Assembly (NCBI GenBank): GCA_052390235.1
Contig: JBQTHB010000004.1
Span: 1 to 64,000, forward strand
Direction: 5' to 3'
Source: Deltaproteobacteria bacterium
Lineage (GTDB): Bacteria > Desulfobacterota_D > UBA1144 > Nemesobacterales > CSP1-2
Length of the DNA stretch: 64,000 nt
Shown here: positions 21,277 through 31,891 of the stretch, in pieces
How the letters are laid out: the number at the start of each line of letters is the position of its first letter
Numbering within the stretch: position 1 is the first letter of the stretch
Program-made: the position numbers and the translations under genes
Notes under the pieces: model-generated
What the model was told of the DNA's origin: nothing
What the model saw: only the letters and a program-made list of their open reading frames with translations
Database searches by the model: none

Positions 21277-22746
21277 CTATTTCAGCCGCTCCCTCAGCGC
21301 TTTCCCCGTGGGACTGCGCGGAATCTCGTCTCTGAATTCAATCACGCGCGGAATCTTGAAGTCCGAAATCCGCCCCCGCAGGAATTCATAAATCTCTCTT
21401 GCCTCCACGCGCTCCTTGGGAACTACGGCGGCTTTTATCGTCTCCGCACCATCGGAGTCTGTTATCCCAAGCACGGCGGCGTCTTTCACTTTCGGATGTG
21501 TGAGAATCAAATTCTCGACCTCCATTGGGTCCACCTTGTTGCCGCTTATATTAATGAAGAGCTTCATCCGCCCCGTGATGAAAATATAGCCCCCCTCGTC
21601 AATCCTGCCTAAATCGCCGGTGTGGTAATATCCGCCTCTGAAGGCTTTCGCGCTCTCATCTGGGAGTCCGAAGTAGCCCGTCTGTGTCATGGACGGGCTT
21701 TTTACCGTGATTTCGCCGACCTCGTTCACATCCGCCACTCTTCCGTCCTCGCGGAGGATTCGCGCCTCGACGCCCCGCAGCGCACGCCCCACGGATGCCC
21801 CCATTCTCTGGATGTCCTCGGCTAGGTTTACGGCTATCGCTCCGGTCTCGGTCGAGCCGTAGAGCTGGCGCGGATAAATGCCGAATTTCTCGTGGAATTT
21901 CTGGAATGTCGAATCCAAAAGCGGCGCGCCCGCCGAGAGAACCACTCTCAGCGATGAGAAATCCCTCGGCTTTGCGGCGGTGAAACTCTCGGCGAGGATG
22001 TCGAGCATAAATGGGACTGCCGGATACGCGGTAATTGCCTCCCTCTCTATGGCATCTAGGACTCCTGCCCTGTTGAACTCGGCTAGGGTGTAAACGCCTG
22101 CTCCCGCTTTTACGGCGCTGATAAAATTGCCGAATGCGTAGGTGTGGGACATCGGCGCGGCGAATAGAACCCGCTCACGCTCCGTCCAGCCCAAAGTGGA
22201 TGAGTGATTCTCGGCGAGGGCGAGGAGGTTTCGGTGGGTTCGGCACACGCGCTTGGGCCGTCCCGTAGAGCCTGTGGAGTACAGATACGCCGCCTCGTCT
22301 TCGAGCGTTGCCGGCGGGCGGATTAATTTCCCCTCTCGGCTATTAAATCCCCCGTGGCTGACCACGAGGATTTCCGCATCCGACGCCGTCTCTATCATAG
22401 GTTTTAGCCTCTGCGATGTGAGGGCGAGCCTTGACCCCGAGTGAGTGATGTAAAACGTTACCTCCTCTTTTCTGTAAGCCGGATTTATCGGGACGCAAAC
22501 CCCTCCGGCAAGGGCTACAGCGAAAAATGAGGCGGCAAATTCGGCTGAATTCGGCAAAAATATTGCGACCCTATCGCCTTTTTTCACCCCCGCTGAGGGC
22601 AGATGCTCGGCTATTCCCTCTGCAAAGGATAGAAGCTCATCGTAGGTAAATCTCCGCCCTCCATCAACCACGGCAGTATGCGCGGGGAGTCTTTCGGCTG
22701 ATGAGATAAGCACATCGGCTATGGAATTCGCTCTGCCATCGGTCAT
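21277..22746 (-). CDS. Class I adenylate-forming enzyme (AMP-binding, acyl-CoA/ACP ligase-like)
   Basis: YSTGSTGRPK, QLYGSTETG, YHTGDLG, PRSPTGK; start at ATG 22746 overlaps the argC-like stop (ATGA). Confidence 0.9.
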   Translation of the reverse strand: MTDGRANSIADVLISSAERLPAHTAVVDGGRRFTYDELLSFAEGIAEHLPSAGVKKGDRVAIFLPNSAEFAASFFAVALAGGVCVPINPAYRKEEVTFYITHSGSRLALTSQRLKPMIETASDAEILVVSHGGFNSREGKLIRPPATLEDEAAYLYSTGSTGRPKRVCRTHRNLLALAENHSSTLGWTERERVLFAAPMSHTYAFGNFISAVKAGAGVYTLAEFNRAGVLDAIEREAITAYPAVPFMLDILAESFTAAKPRDFSSLRVVLSAGAPLLDSTFQKFHEKFGIYPRQLYGSTETGAIAVNLAEDIQRMGASVGRALRGVEARILREDGRVADVNEVGEITVKSPSMTQTGYFGLPDESAKAFRGGYYHTGDLGRIDEGGYIFITGRMKLFINISGNKVDPMEVENLILTHPKVKDAAVLGITDSDGAETIKAAVVPKERVEAREIYEFLRGRISDFKIPRVIEFRDEIPRSPTGKALRERLK

Positions 22747-23810
22747 GGAAAAACCCCTCCCTGCCGCAGTCCCTCGGTCTCGTGGAATCCAAACATTAAG
22801 TTCATATTCTGCACCGCCTGAGCCGAAGCCCCTTTGCCGAGGTTGTCGAGCGCGGTGATTATTACGAGCCATTTGCCCTGAAATCCGAAGCCTATGTCGC
22901 AGAAATTAGAATATCTCACGGATTTGGTCTCAGGGGTTTTCCCGTCTGCGCAGATTCGGATGAACGGCTCGCCTTCGTAGTAATTTGAAAATAGGTCCCA
23001 GAGGTCTCGCGGACTAGATTTCCGGGGTTGCGTATAAATTGTAGTGAGGATGCCGCGGTTGACGGGGATTCTGTGCGCCATAAAAGTAATCTCAGTCCTC
23101 GAGGACGTCGAGGATACCTGGATGATGCTCTCGATTTCGGGTTTTTGACTGTGCGAGGCTATCTCTCCAGCCGCCGACGCCCCCTCGTTTGATTCCGAGA
23201 AATGCCGCTGAAGGGTTGGAGCGCGCCCTCCGCCCGTGATACCGGCTTTAGAGTCTATGATTACCGCCGCGCCGCTGGGTAAGACGCCTTCGCCCAGGAG
23301 GGGCAGAAGCCCCAAAATCGCCCCCGTTGCGTAGCATCCGGGGTTTGCCGTAAGCGCCGAGCGTTTAATCGCGGAGCGGTTGATTTCGGGAAGCCCATAG
23401 ACGGCATCCCCGATGAGGGATTCGGCGCTGTGAGGGGATTTATAGACCCTCTCGTAAGCTCTGGGGTCTTTGAACCTAAAATCCGCGCTGAAATCAATTA
23501 GCCGCGCCCCGGCGCCGAGAATCTCCCCTGCGAACCGCATTGACGCCCCATGCGGCAGGCAGGAGAAAACCAGATCCGCCCTCTCGAACTGGGCAAATTT
23601 GGCGGCGCTGAGGCATTTTAAATCAAATATGCGGCGCATTTGCGGGAACACCTCATAAATAAATCTGCCGCAGAAGGTCTCGGACGTGAGCCATGACACC
23701 TCCACTCCCGAATGGCCGGCTAGAAGGCGCAGAAGCTCATATCCGGTGTAGCCCGTCGCTCCGAGGATGCCGACTTTTATTTTGCCGGGGTGCGCGCCTG
23801 TCTGTGCCAT
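22743..23810 (-). CDS. argC: N-acetyl-gamma-glutamyl-phosphate reductase-like protein (divergent)
   Basis: GATGYTG, DFSADFR, YGLPE, NPGCY, DNLGKGAS.QAVQNMN; but HRHxPEI is replaced by HSQKPEI. Confidence 0.75.
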   Translation of the reverse strand: MAQTGAHPGKIKVGILGATGYTGYELLRLLAGHSGVEVSWLTSETFCGRFIYEVFPQMRRIFDLKCLSAAKFAQFERADLVFSCLPHGASMRFAGEILGAGARLIDFSADFRFKDPRAYERVYKSPHSAESLIGDAVYGLPEINRSAIKRSALTANPGCYATGAILGLLPLLGEGVLPSGAAVIIDSKAGITGGGRAPTLQRHFSESNEGASAAGEIASHSQKPEIESIIQVSSTSSRTEITFMAHRIPVNRGILTTIYTQPRKSSPRDLWDLFSNYYEGEPFIRICADGKTPETKSVRYSNFCDIGFGFQGKWLVIITALDNLGKGASAQAVQNMNLMFGFHETEGLRQGGVFP

Positions 23811-23999
23811 GGCACAGAAATTATATACGGTTTATTTGCGGGGCGCAGGGGTGATGGAAGATTCGGGATGCCCCTAGCGCGCCGCTTTTGCCCCGATACC
23901 ATCGCGGGACGAAATAATTTCCCTCTGGGCGCTAATCTTGCATCTTGAATCCCGCATCGTGTATGCTCCCCAAATCCCACGATGAGGAGCGATATTCCC

Positions 24000-25949
24000 A
24001 TGCACAAACCGCTTTGGGCACCTTCCGAGGAGCGATGCCGCTCGGCAAATATCACCCGCTTTATCGCCTATGTGAACCGCAGATACGGACTCGCCCTCGG
24101 CGGCTATGACGATATTCATAGCTGGTCTGTGGGGAACATTCCCGATTTCTGGGAGGCTGTGTGGGAATTCACCGGGGTTCGCGCCTCGCAGATGTATGAG
24201 AGCGTAGCCGAGGGTCTCGATAAAATGCCGGGGACGAGGTGGTTTCTGGGGGCAAAGCTCAATTTCGCCGAGAATCTCCTGCGGCACAGAGATGAAAAAA
24301 CCGCTCTAATCTTCAGAAACGAGGCGGGCGCTTCAAAGCGGGTCTCTTATGCCGAGCTTTACCGCCGCACTGCCGCTCTTGCCAAATCCCTGCGTAGCGC
24401 GGGAGTCGCAAAAGGGGATAGAGTCGTCGGCTTCATGCCCAATATTATCGAGACCGTCGTCGCTATGCTCTCGGCAACGAGCATCGGCGCGCTGTGGTCT
24501 TCTTGCTCGCCCGATTTCGGCGTCAAAGGGGCGCTTGACCGCTTTGGGCAGATTAAGCCTAAAATCCTATTCACTGCGGACGGTTATCGCTTCAAGGGCA
24601 GGAAATTCGACTCTCTCGAGCAAATTGCGGGCTTAGTCTCGCAGCTTCCCTCGATAGAAAAGGTCGTCGTAGTCCCCTACATCGAGCCGTCTCCCGATAT
24701 ATCACGGATTGAAAAATCCATCCTGTACGGGGATTTCGCCGCCGAAGAGGCTCATGAAATCGAATTTGCCGCTCTGCCCTTTGAGCATCCCGTCTATATA
24801 ATGTACTCATCCGGGACAACTGGGCTCCCTAAGTGCATGGTTCAGAGCGCGGGCGGGGTGTTGATAAACCATCTAAAGGAATTGACCCTGCACGCAGACC
24901 TCAAGGCGGGAGATAGGATTTTCTACTACACCACGTGCGGCTGGATGATGTGGAACTGGCTCGTCAGCGCTATTGCCCTGGGGGCGACGGTCGTACTCTA
25001 TGACGGCTCTGCGTTTTATCCCGACGCCGGAGCGCTTTGGAGAATTGCCGATGAGGAGGAAATCACGGTATTCGGCGTCAGCGCCAGATACATCGCCGCG
25101 ATTCAAAACGAGGGGCTAAAGCCGATGGAGATGTGCAACCTCGCCACAGTGAAGACTATTCTCTCCACTGGCTCGCCGCTTCTGCCCCAGAATTTCCGAT
25201 ACGTCTATGAAAATGTGAAGGGGGACGTTCTGCTCTCTTCAATCTCAGGGGGAACTGACCTCAACGGCTGTTTCGCCGCCGGAGGGCCAACGCTCCCCGT
25301 GTTTGAAGGGGAGATTCAACGCCCCGCCCTTGGGATGAACGTGCATTCATTCGACTCGGAGGGGAAGCCGCAAATCGGCCGCAAGGGAGAGCTGGTCTGC
25401 GTATCGCCATTTCCCTCGATGCCCGTCTATTTTTGGAACGACCCCGGGGGCGAGAGGTACAGGAGAGCTTATTTCGATAAATTCCCAAATGTCTGGACTC
25501 ACGGCGACTACGTAGAGATAACCGCGGGCGGCGGGGTCATTGTCTATGGACGCTCGGATGCAACGCTAAACCCCGGCGGCGTGAGAATCGGCACGGCGGA
25601 GATATATAGGCAGATTGAAACGCTCCCTGAGATAGCCGATAGCATATTAGTCGGGCAGAGGTGGCAGGGCGATGAGCGGATAATTCTATTCGTCAAACTG
25701 GCCGAGGGGATTTCCCTTACTGAAGCGCTCAAACAGAAAATCGCAAGGGTCGTCAGAGAAGGGGCTTCGCCGCGCCACGTGCCGGCAAAGATAATCGCCG
25801 TCGCCGATATTCCCTACACTATCAGCATGAAAAAAGTTGAACTCGCGGTCAGAAACATAATCCACGGAGAGCCGGTGTTGAACAGGGACGCTCTGGCAAA
25901 CCCGGACGCTCTCGATTTATATGCCGATATAGCGGATATTCAGACGTGA
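24000..25949 (+). CDS. Acetoacetate--CoA ligase
   Basis: PLW.PS start, YSSGTTGLPKC, TTCGWMMWNW, SISGGTD, GRSDATLNPGGVRIGTAEIY; ATG 24000 follows GAGGAG. Confidence 0.93.
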   Translation: MHKPLWAPSEERCRSANITRFIAYVNRRYGLALGGYDDIHSWSVGNIPDFWEAVWEFTGVRASQMYESVAEGLDKMPGTRWFLGAKLNFAENLLRHRDEKTALIFRNEAGASKRVSYAELYRRTAALAKSLRSAGVAKGDRVVGFMPNIIETVVAMLSATSIGALWSSCSPDFGVKGALDRFGQIKPKILFTADGYRFKGRKFDSLEQIAGLVSQLPSIEKVVVVPYIEPSPDISRIEKSILYGDFAAEEAHEIEFAALPFEHPVYIMYSSGTTGLPKCMVQSAGGVLINHLKELTLHADLKAGDRIFYYTTCGWMMWNWLVSAIALGATVVLYDGSAFYPDAGALWRIADEEEITVFGVSARYIAAIQNEGLKPMEMCNLATVKTILSTGSPLLPQNFRYVYENVKGDVLLSSISGGTDLNGCFAAGGPTLPVFEGEIQRPALGMNVHSFDSEGKPQIGRKGELVCVSPFPSMPVYFWNDPGGERYRRAYFDKFPNVWTHGDYVEITAGGGVIVYGRSDATLNPGGVRIGTAEIYRQIETLPEIADSILVGQRWQGDERIILFVKLAEGISLTEALKQKIARVVREGASPRHVPAKIIAVADIPYTISMKKVELAVRNIIHGEPVLNRDALANPDALDLYADIADIQT

Positions 25950-25999
25950 TATATTTATCCGTGGATAAGTGAATAAAATTAGAGCTATAGAGTTTTAGT

Positions 26000-28249
26000 A
26001 TGAGCATTAAGGCGAAACTCACGGTTATATTGATTCTAATTGGACTTACCCTCGCGGCGGTTGCCGGGGTTATGCTCAGGAGCTACGTCAAAACCACTCA
26101 GCAGGTGGAAATCGCCGGCGCCGCTATTGATAATCTCCACGCCTTGGTAAAAATTCGCTCCAGAGCGGCGAGACAGATTAAAGAGGTCGTTGACTATGTA
26201 GCATCGGGCGCGGAGGAGGAAATACGAGAATTCGAGCGGTTTGGCTTAGAAGCAAATCAAGCTCTCGAGGAGTGGTTTCAGTCTATCCGCGTCAAAAAAG
26301 AACTCGAAGACCGTGAAGAAATGGACGAGGAGACGGAAGCAAAACAACTCGAGGCGAAGTATAATTCGGCGCTCGCTATGGCATCTGAGACTTTCAATTT
26401 GCTGAAATCCGAAGGCAGAGGCGGCGATTATAAGAGGGCAGAGAAGAATCTGGAGCTTTTCGTTGAGAACGAGTTATTTACTGCGCTAGACGATGTAATT
26501 ATCCGCGAAACCGCCAAATTCAACGATGCCTACGACAGGGTTTTGACCAAGTCCGGCTCTCTGCCTTGGATAGCCTCCGAGGTTAGAAATCAGGTAAAAA
26601 TAGCCAGAGCCTCAACCCGCTACTCTCTGACGGTTGACAGCGTTAGACTCAGCATCATGAGACAGATGAAAGAGGCTCTCGATTACCTAATTTACTTGGA
26701 GCGCCGGGACAGAACCGAGTACGACAGATTCGGCCTCGATGTCGAACGGGCGCTGGACGAATGGGTGATTGGCATTGAGACCCAAATGAAACTTGGCGTT
26801 CAAGTCGGGCGGGACGTAGAAAAGATAAAAAACGTAGGCGAGAAATACCGAGAGTCTCTCTCGATAGTAAACGAGGTCTTCTCTCTAGCCGACGCAGGGA
26901 GATCCGCCGAGGCATTTGATATTATAGAAGAGAAAATCGAGCCGCTCATAGACGACGTTCTGTTCCCGGACATCACCTCAATAGTTGAAGAGAGCAAAAG
27001 CAGGGTGGTCGGCGTGCATAAAACCCTCCTAGGCTTCACGCGCAAAGCCGGAGCTATGGGATTGGGCGTGTTGGCTATGGTGGCACTGATTATTTTCTCT
27101 GTTTCCCTCGGACTAATCAGACAGATGCTAGATTCTCTTAATCGGCTTAAGAGAGGAACTGAAGTTATCGCCATGGGCAGTTTTGACCATCGGATAGAGC
27201 TTAAATCGAACGACGAGCTTGGGGCGCTTGCCTCGTCTTTTAATAAAATGGCAGAGGCGTTGCAGAAGTCGAGCGACGAGATAGTGGGAGCCAAAAAATA
27301 CGCCGATAGAATTATCCGCTCTATCAATGACAGCCTAGTCGTAGTCTCTATTTATGGACGCATTCAGACCATCAATGAGGTAACTTGTAAGTTGCTCGGC
27401 TATGATAAAGACGAGCTTATCGGTGAATCAATAGAGAAAATTCTCCCATCCCAATCCTCCGGCGAGGGTATTTTCACCAAGAGCTTTATACACAGCGCCG
27501 AGAGGGTATATCTTACGAAATCCGGGACTGAGATTCCGGTTCTGTTCTCGAGTTCAGTCATGAGGGAAGGGGACAAAATTCAGGGAATTGTCTGCGTGGC
27601 AAAGGATATTAGAGAGCGAAAGCAGGCTGAAGACGCTCAAAAGAAAGAATTGTTGCTCAGAGAGATTCATCACAGAATAAAGAACAACCTGCAGGTCGTC
27701 TCAACCCTGCTGGAGCTTCAGTCCAAGCACATACGAGATGAAGCGGTGGCTGCGATGTTTAAAGAAAGTCAAAACCGAGTCAGGTCAATGGCTTTTATTC
27801 ATGAAAAGCTCTATATGTCCTCCGACAACGAGACCATTGACTTTGCCGACTACGCCCGCGACCTCCTCTCCTACCTGTTTCGCTCCTACGGAGCGGATTG
27901 CGACGCTCTGAGAGCCGATGTTTCTATATCAAATTCAAATCTGAAGATGGATAAAGCCATTGCCTGTGGCTTAATAATAAACGAACTCGTCTCAAATTCC
28001 CTGAAGCACGCTTTCCCGAAAGGTAGAAAAGGCTCCATCACAGTAGAATTTTCCGCCGCCTCAGGGGACTTATGCACTCTGATTGTCCGGGACGATGGGG
28101 TTGGTCTGCCCGATGGGTTTGATGTGAAAGATTCCTCCTCACTAGGGCTTAAGCTCGTAAGGACGCTCGCCCTAAATCAACTCAAAGGGAGCATAGATGT
28201 GAACCGGAACAACGGGACGGAGTTTAAAATAATATTCAGAGAAAAGTAA
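26000..28249 (+). CDS. Membrane sensor histidine kinase (duplicated extracytoplasmic helical bundle, HAMP, PAS, HisKA_2, HATPase)
   Basis: Two TM helices, DELGALASSFNKM, EIHHRIKNNLQ, ELVSNSLKHAF, DDGVG. Confidence 0.93.
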   Translation: MSIKAKLTVILILIGLTLAAVAGVMLRSYVKTTQQVEIAGAAIDNLHALVKIRSRAARQIKEVVDYVASGAEEEIREFERFGLEANQALEEWFQSIRVKKELEDREEMDEETEAKQLEAKYNSALAMASETFNLLKSEGRGGDYKRAEKNLELFVENELFTALDDVIIRETAKFNDAYDRVLTKSGSLPWIASEVRNQVKIARASTRYSLTVDSVRLSIMRQMKEALDYLIYLERRDRTEYDRFGLDVERALDEWVIGIETQMKLGVQVGRDVEKIKNVGEKYRESLSIVNEVFSLADAGRSAEAFDIIEEKIEPLIDDVLFPDITSIVEESKSRVVGVHKTLLGFTRKAGAMGLGVLAMVALIIFSVSLGLIRQMLDSLNRLKRGTEVIAMGSFDHRIELKSNDELGALASSFNKMAEALQKSSDEIVGAKKYADRIIRSINDSLVVVSIYGRIQTINEVTCKLLGYDKDELIGESIEKILPSQSSGEGIFTKSFIHSAERVYLTKSGTEIPVLFSSSVMREGDKIQGIVCVAKDIRERKQAEDAQKKELLLREIHHRIKNNLQVVSTLLELQSKHIRDEAVAAMFKESQNRVRSMAFIHEKLYMSSDNETIDFADYARDLLSYLFRSYGADCDALRADVSISNSNLKMDKAIACGLIINELVSNSLKHAFPKGRKGSITVEFSAASGDLCTLIVRDDGVGLPDGFDVKDSSSLGLKLVRTLALNQLKGSIDVNRNNGTEFKIIFREK

Positions 28250-28265
28250 GGATGGAGAGACCAAT

Positions 28266-30368
28266 ATGACTAAGGAGCGTATTCTCGTAGTTGAAGACGA
28301 TAGCATTCTCGCTCTAGGGATAGAAGACAATTTGGAGGAGTTCGGCTATGAAGTCGCCGGCGTCGTCTCTTCGGGCGAGCAAGCCGTTGCCAAGGCGGCG
28401 GAATCCAAGCCCGACCTCGCGCTTATGGATATAATGCTTGCGGGAAAAATGAACGGAATTGAAGCCGCCGGAATAATACGCGAATCCCTCCGTATTCCCA
28501 TTGTCTATCTAACAGCCCACTCTGACCCCGCTACCCTTCAGAGGGCGAAAATTACCGAGCCTTTCGGCTATATAGTAAAACCGTTCGACAAAAGAGAACT
28601 CCACGGCGCAATAGAGATGGCTCTTTACAAGAATAAAATAGACAAAAAACTACGGGAAAACGAGCAATGGCTCTCTACAGTGCTAAGTAGCATCGCAGAA
28701 GCAGTTATCGCCGCCGACACTCAGGGCAGGATAGCTTTTATGAACCCTGTAGCCGAATCGCTTACCGGATGGAAAGAACATGAAGCGCGCGGCTTAGACC
28801 TCTCTTCGGTGTTTAAAGTAACTCATAAAACCCCGAATCCGCCTCAAAACCCAATGGCTTGGGAAGCTAAACCCAGATACGCCGCAGACCACACGAACTG
28901 CAGTCTGATTTCCAAAAACGGCGCAGAGATTCCTATAGACGAAAGCGCCGCGCCCATCAAAGACGCCGCAGGGAATGTAAAAGGTTCGGTAGTAGTGTTC
29001 GGCGACATCACGGAGAGAAAAGCGGCGGAAGCAAAAAATGCCGAGCTTGCCTTGCACATTCAAAAGAATCGGGACGATATGCTCTCGATACTCAATCAGC
29101 TTCGCATTGGCACGGTGAAGACGGACGCCGAGGGATGCCTGATATTTATCAGCCTCTCGTCTCTGAGGATACTTCGCATCGCTCAAAGCGAGGTGCTCGG
29201 CAGAGGGTGGGAGGACGTTTTCCCGTTTGAAAAAAGAGATATTGAGAAAATAAAAGCGGCCCTTGTATCAGAGCCAGATAGGCGCGAAAAAATTTCCTTG
29301 TGCGTCAACATCGCCTCCGAGCTCTGTTGTGTGGATATTGAGATTCACGACGACCCCGAAGATGCGCGAAGGAAAATCTTTTTTCTATACGACGTTACCG
29401 AAGTCCATAAGCTCAGACGTCTTCTCGACGATAAATCGAAATTTCACGAACTCGTCGGCAGGAGCAAAGAGATGCAGGCTGTTTATCAGCAGTCTCAAGA
29501 GCTGTCCAATATAGATTCTACGGTGCTGATAGAAGGCGAAACCGGAACTGGCAAAGAACTCGTAGCCCGCGCCATCCACTTTGGAAGCCATAGAAAAGAA
29601 AACGCTTTTGTCGTCGTCAACTGCGCCGGACTAACCGAATCTATAGTGACGAGTCAGCTTTTCGGCCATAAAAAGGGGGCTTTCACCGGAGCAGTTTTAG
29701 ACCAGCAGGGGCTTTTCGAGGCGGCTAACCGAGGCACGATATTCCTCGATGAAATCGGAGATATTCCATTGAGCGTTCAGACGAGCCTTCTGCGCGTGCT
29801 TCAGGAACGCGAGATAACCCGCCTTGGCGAGACTAACCCGAGAAAAATAGACGTGAGGATACTCGCCGCCACTCACAGGAATCTCGGCGAAGAGGTTGAA
29901 AAAGGCAGATTCCGCTCAGACCTACTCTATCGGATAAGGGTCGCTAGGGTGCGTCTTCCGGCTCTGCGCGAGAGGAGGGGCGATATACCGCTTCTGTGCC
30001 AATTATTTCTGGAAGAGGCTCGGACGGCTACCGGAAAATCAGTCGAGACGTTTGCCAACGACGCCATGGATATGCTTCTCGATTATCCCTGGCATGGGAA
30101 CGTCAGAGAGCTCAAAAATGCGGTGGAATTCTCGGTAATAAGATGCCGGGGCGCGGTGATTCAGCCCGAAGACCTGCCGCCCGAGGTCGTTGATTCCAGC
30201 GATTTGCGTTTTGCGCCGTTCCAAGACGCGGGCGACGAGAAAAAGAGGTTTGCCGAAGCCCTTGAGAAAGCTGAAGGAAACCGCACCCTTGCGGCGCGCA
30301 TCCTCGGTATGGGACGAACGACTTTCTATAGGCGACTCTCTCAGCTTGGCATTAAGGGCGAAAATTAA
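28266..30368 (+). CDS. Sigma54-dependent activator (REC-PAS-PAS-AAA+-Fis HTH)
   Basis: VVEDD...MDI...KP receiver; [39 protein letters not shown]. Confidence 0.95.
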   Translation: MTKERILVVEDDSILALGIEDNLEEFGYEVAGVVSSGEQAVAKAAESKPDLALMDIMLAGKMNGIEAAGIIRESLRIPIVYLTAHSDPATLQRAKITEPFGYIVKPFDKRELHGAIEMALYKNKIDKKLRENEQWLSTVLSSIAEAVIAADTQGRIAFMNPVAESLTGWKEHEARGLDLSSVFKVTHKTPNPPQNPMAWEAKPRYAADHTNCSLISKNGAEIPIDESAAPIKDAAGNVKGSVVVFGDITERKAAEAKNAELALHIQKNRDDMLSILNQLRIGTVKTDAEGCLIFISLSSLRILRIAQSEVLGRGWEDVFPFEKRDIEKIKAALVSEPDRREKISLCVNIASELCCVDIEIHDDPEDARRKIFFLYDVTEVHKLRRLLDDKSKFHELVGRSKEMQAVYQQSQELSNIDSTVLIEGETGTGKELVARAIHFGSHRKENAFVVVNCAGLTESIVTSQLFGHKKGAFTGAVLDQQGLFEAANRGTIFLDEIGDIPLSVQTSLLRVLQEREITRLGETNPRKIDVRILAATHRNLGEEVEKGRFRSDLLYRIRVARVRLPALRERRGDIPLLCQLFLEEARTATGKSVETFANDAMDMLLDYPWHGNVRELKNAVEFSVIRCRGAVIQPEDLPPEVVDSSDLRFAPFQDAGDEKKRFAEALEKAEGNRTLAARILGMGRTTFYRRLSQLGIKGEN

Positions 30369-30552
30369 TACTCTTCCCCAATTATCCCTCATGGGGATTT
30401 GGACAATCCACAGTAGAAATCCTAATTTTTAGCCGAGAATTTCCCATTCCTAATCGCGCGGGAATATCCCCCACCTCATTGTCCTAGCACAACTATTACC
30501 GATAAATAACGCGCAACTCCAGCCAAGATTAGCTCCTGCGCCCCAATTGCGC

Positions 30553-30590
30553 AAGTGTTCCATTGGAACGGCAGTGGAACACTTAAGTGT
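30553..30590. promoter_or_regulatory. Putative upstream activator sequence for the sigma54 activator
   Basis: Perfect 10-bp inverted repeat AAGTGTTCCA 30553-30562 / TGGAACACTT 30575-30584, about 100-125 bp upstream of the -24 element. Confidence 0.6.
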
Positions 30591-30677
30591 GCCGGTTGGG
30601 ATGGAAATGATTTTGAGGAATTGCCGCAAGCAGGTGTAACATACTTCAGATAAACGATTATTTAATCTAATTCAACG

Positions 30678-30692
30678 TGGCATAAAAGTTGC
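30678..30692 (+). promoter_or_regulatory. Sigma54 (-24/-12) promoter
   Basis: TGGCATAAAAGTTGC: GG-N10-GC matching the TGGCA...TTGC consensus, directly downstream of a sigma54 activator gene. Confidence 0.85.
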
Positions 30693-30736
30693 CCTATTTA
30701 ATTAGCATATAATCCACATTTAGGAGGAACCCCCAG

Positions 30737-31891
30737 ATGATATCCTATGAACTCCCCAAAGATGCCCAAGATACGGGCGGCGCGCATTATCGCGGCACGA
30801 ATTTATCCCTGAGCGAGGAGGTTGCATCATCGCCCGTGAAGTGGACTTGGGCGTGCCGTCTGCTCCAGAACGCCCGCCCCCAGGCTTATAGTCTCGATAG
30901 GCGTTCGCCCGAAGCTCCCAAGCCCTCGGACGTCGCCCTATTTAGAGTGGATTCGATAGGAAATCACTCTAAACTTGTGATGGCTGACAATAGAAAGCTC
31001 CAAATCTACTCCGGCGATTTGATAGTCGGCGTATTCGGAAATCGCTACGCTACGGACGCTTTCGAGGCTGAGGTTCGAGGTCTCGACAATATCTCGATTC
31101 TCACAGCCGGCGGGATGATAGGCACTGTTCTCTCAAACCACCGAAGCGCGAGCGGGGCGACGAAAGTTACATTCGAGGGATTTCTGTGCGGCGAGCGCGG
31201 CGAGAGACTCAATTTAAAAGAGGTCGCATTTCGCAAGCTCTATCCCAAGCTGCCGGTTTCCAATCTAATATTAGTCGTAGGCACAGGTATGAACAGCGGC
31301 AAGACCACCTCCTGCGTTAAGATAATCAAAGGGCTTAGCGAGAGGGGAATAACCGTTGCCGCCTGCAAACTCACCGGAAGCGTTTCAAATCGGGATCAAG
31401 ACGAAATGAAAGCGGCGGGCGCGGTTTCGGTATCGGATTTCAGCGACTACGGATTTGCTTCGACATACCTCGCCGGCAGGGATGAACTAGTTGCGCTTTT
31501 GCAAACAATGCTCTCTGAGGCGGAGAAGAAAAAAAACGACGTCTTAGTGATGGAGATAGCCGATGGACTCCTGCAGAGAGAAACGGCGATGCTACTCGCC
31601 GACCCCGCGCTGAAAAATATAGTCGGCGGGCTGGTGTTGTCCGCGGACAGCGCTCCTTCTGCCCTTTTTGCTGCCGATAGGGTCGCGGGTATGGGCTACA
31701 GGGTGCTTGCCGTAACTGGGGCTTTTACTTCATCGCCGCTCTCGATGAAGGAATTTCGAGGGTGCAGCGGTATTGAAGTGGCTTCTTCGGCTGGCTCTGG
31801 CTGGGAAATTGCCAATGCAGTTCATAAATTTATCACGGAGGAAGTAGATGAAAGCAAAGTCTCCGATCAGATTTGCAGGCGCGCATCTTAG
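30737..31891 (+). CDS. DUF1611-like P-loop protein
   Basis: GNRYATDAFE, VVGTGMNSGKTT P-loop, KLTG, DFSDYGFASTY, MEIADGLLQRET; AGGAGG SD. Confidence 0.7.
   Translation: MISYELPKDAQDTGGAHYRGTNLSLSEEVASSPVKWTWACRLLQNARPQAYSLDRRSPEAPKPSDVALFRVDSIGNHSKLVMADNRKLQIYSGDLIVGVFGNRYATDAFEAEVRGLDNISILTAGGMIGTVLSNHRSASGATKVTFEGFLCGERGERLNLKEVAFRKLYPKLPVSNLILVVGTGMNSGKTTSCVKIIKGLSERGITVAACKLTGSVSNRDQDEMKAAGAVSVSDFSDYGFASTYLAGRDELVALLQTMLSEAEKKKNDVLVMEIADGLLQRETAMLLADPALKNIVGGLVLSADSAPSALFAADRVAGMGYRVLAVTGAFTSSPLSMKEFRGCSGIEVASSAGSGWEIANAVHKFITEEVDESKVSDQICRRAS

Noticed and set aside
22747..22872. N-terminal extension of the adenylating enzyme
   Set aside because: Lies inside the argC-like gene; the ATGA-coupled start at 22746 fits better
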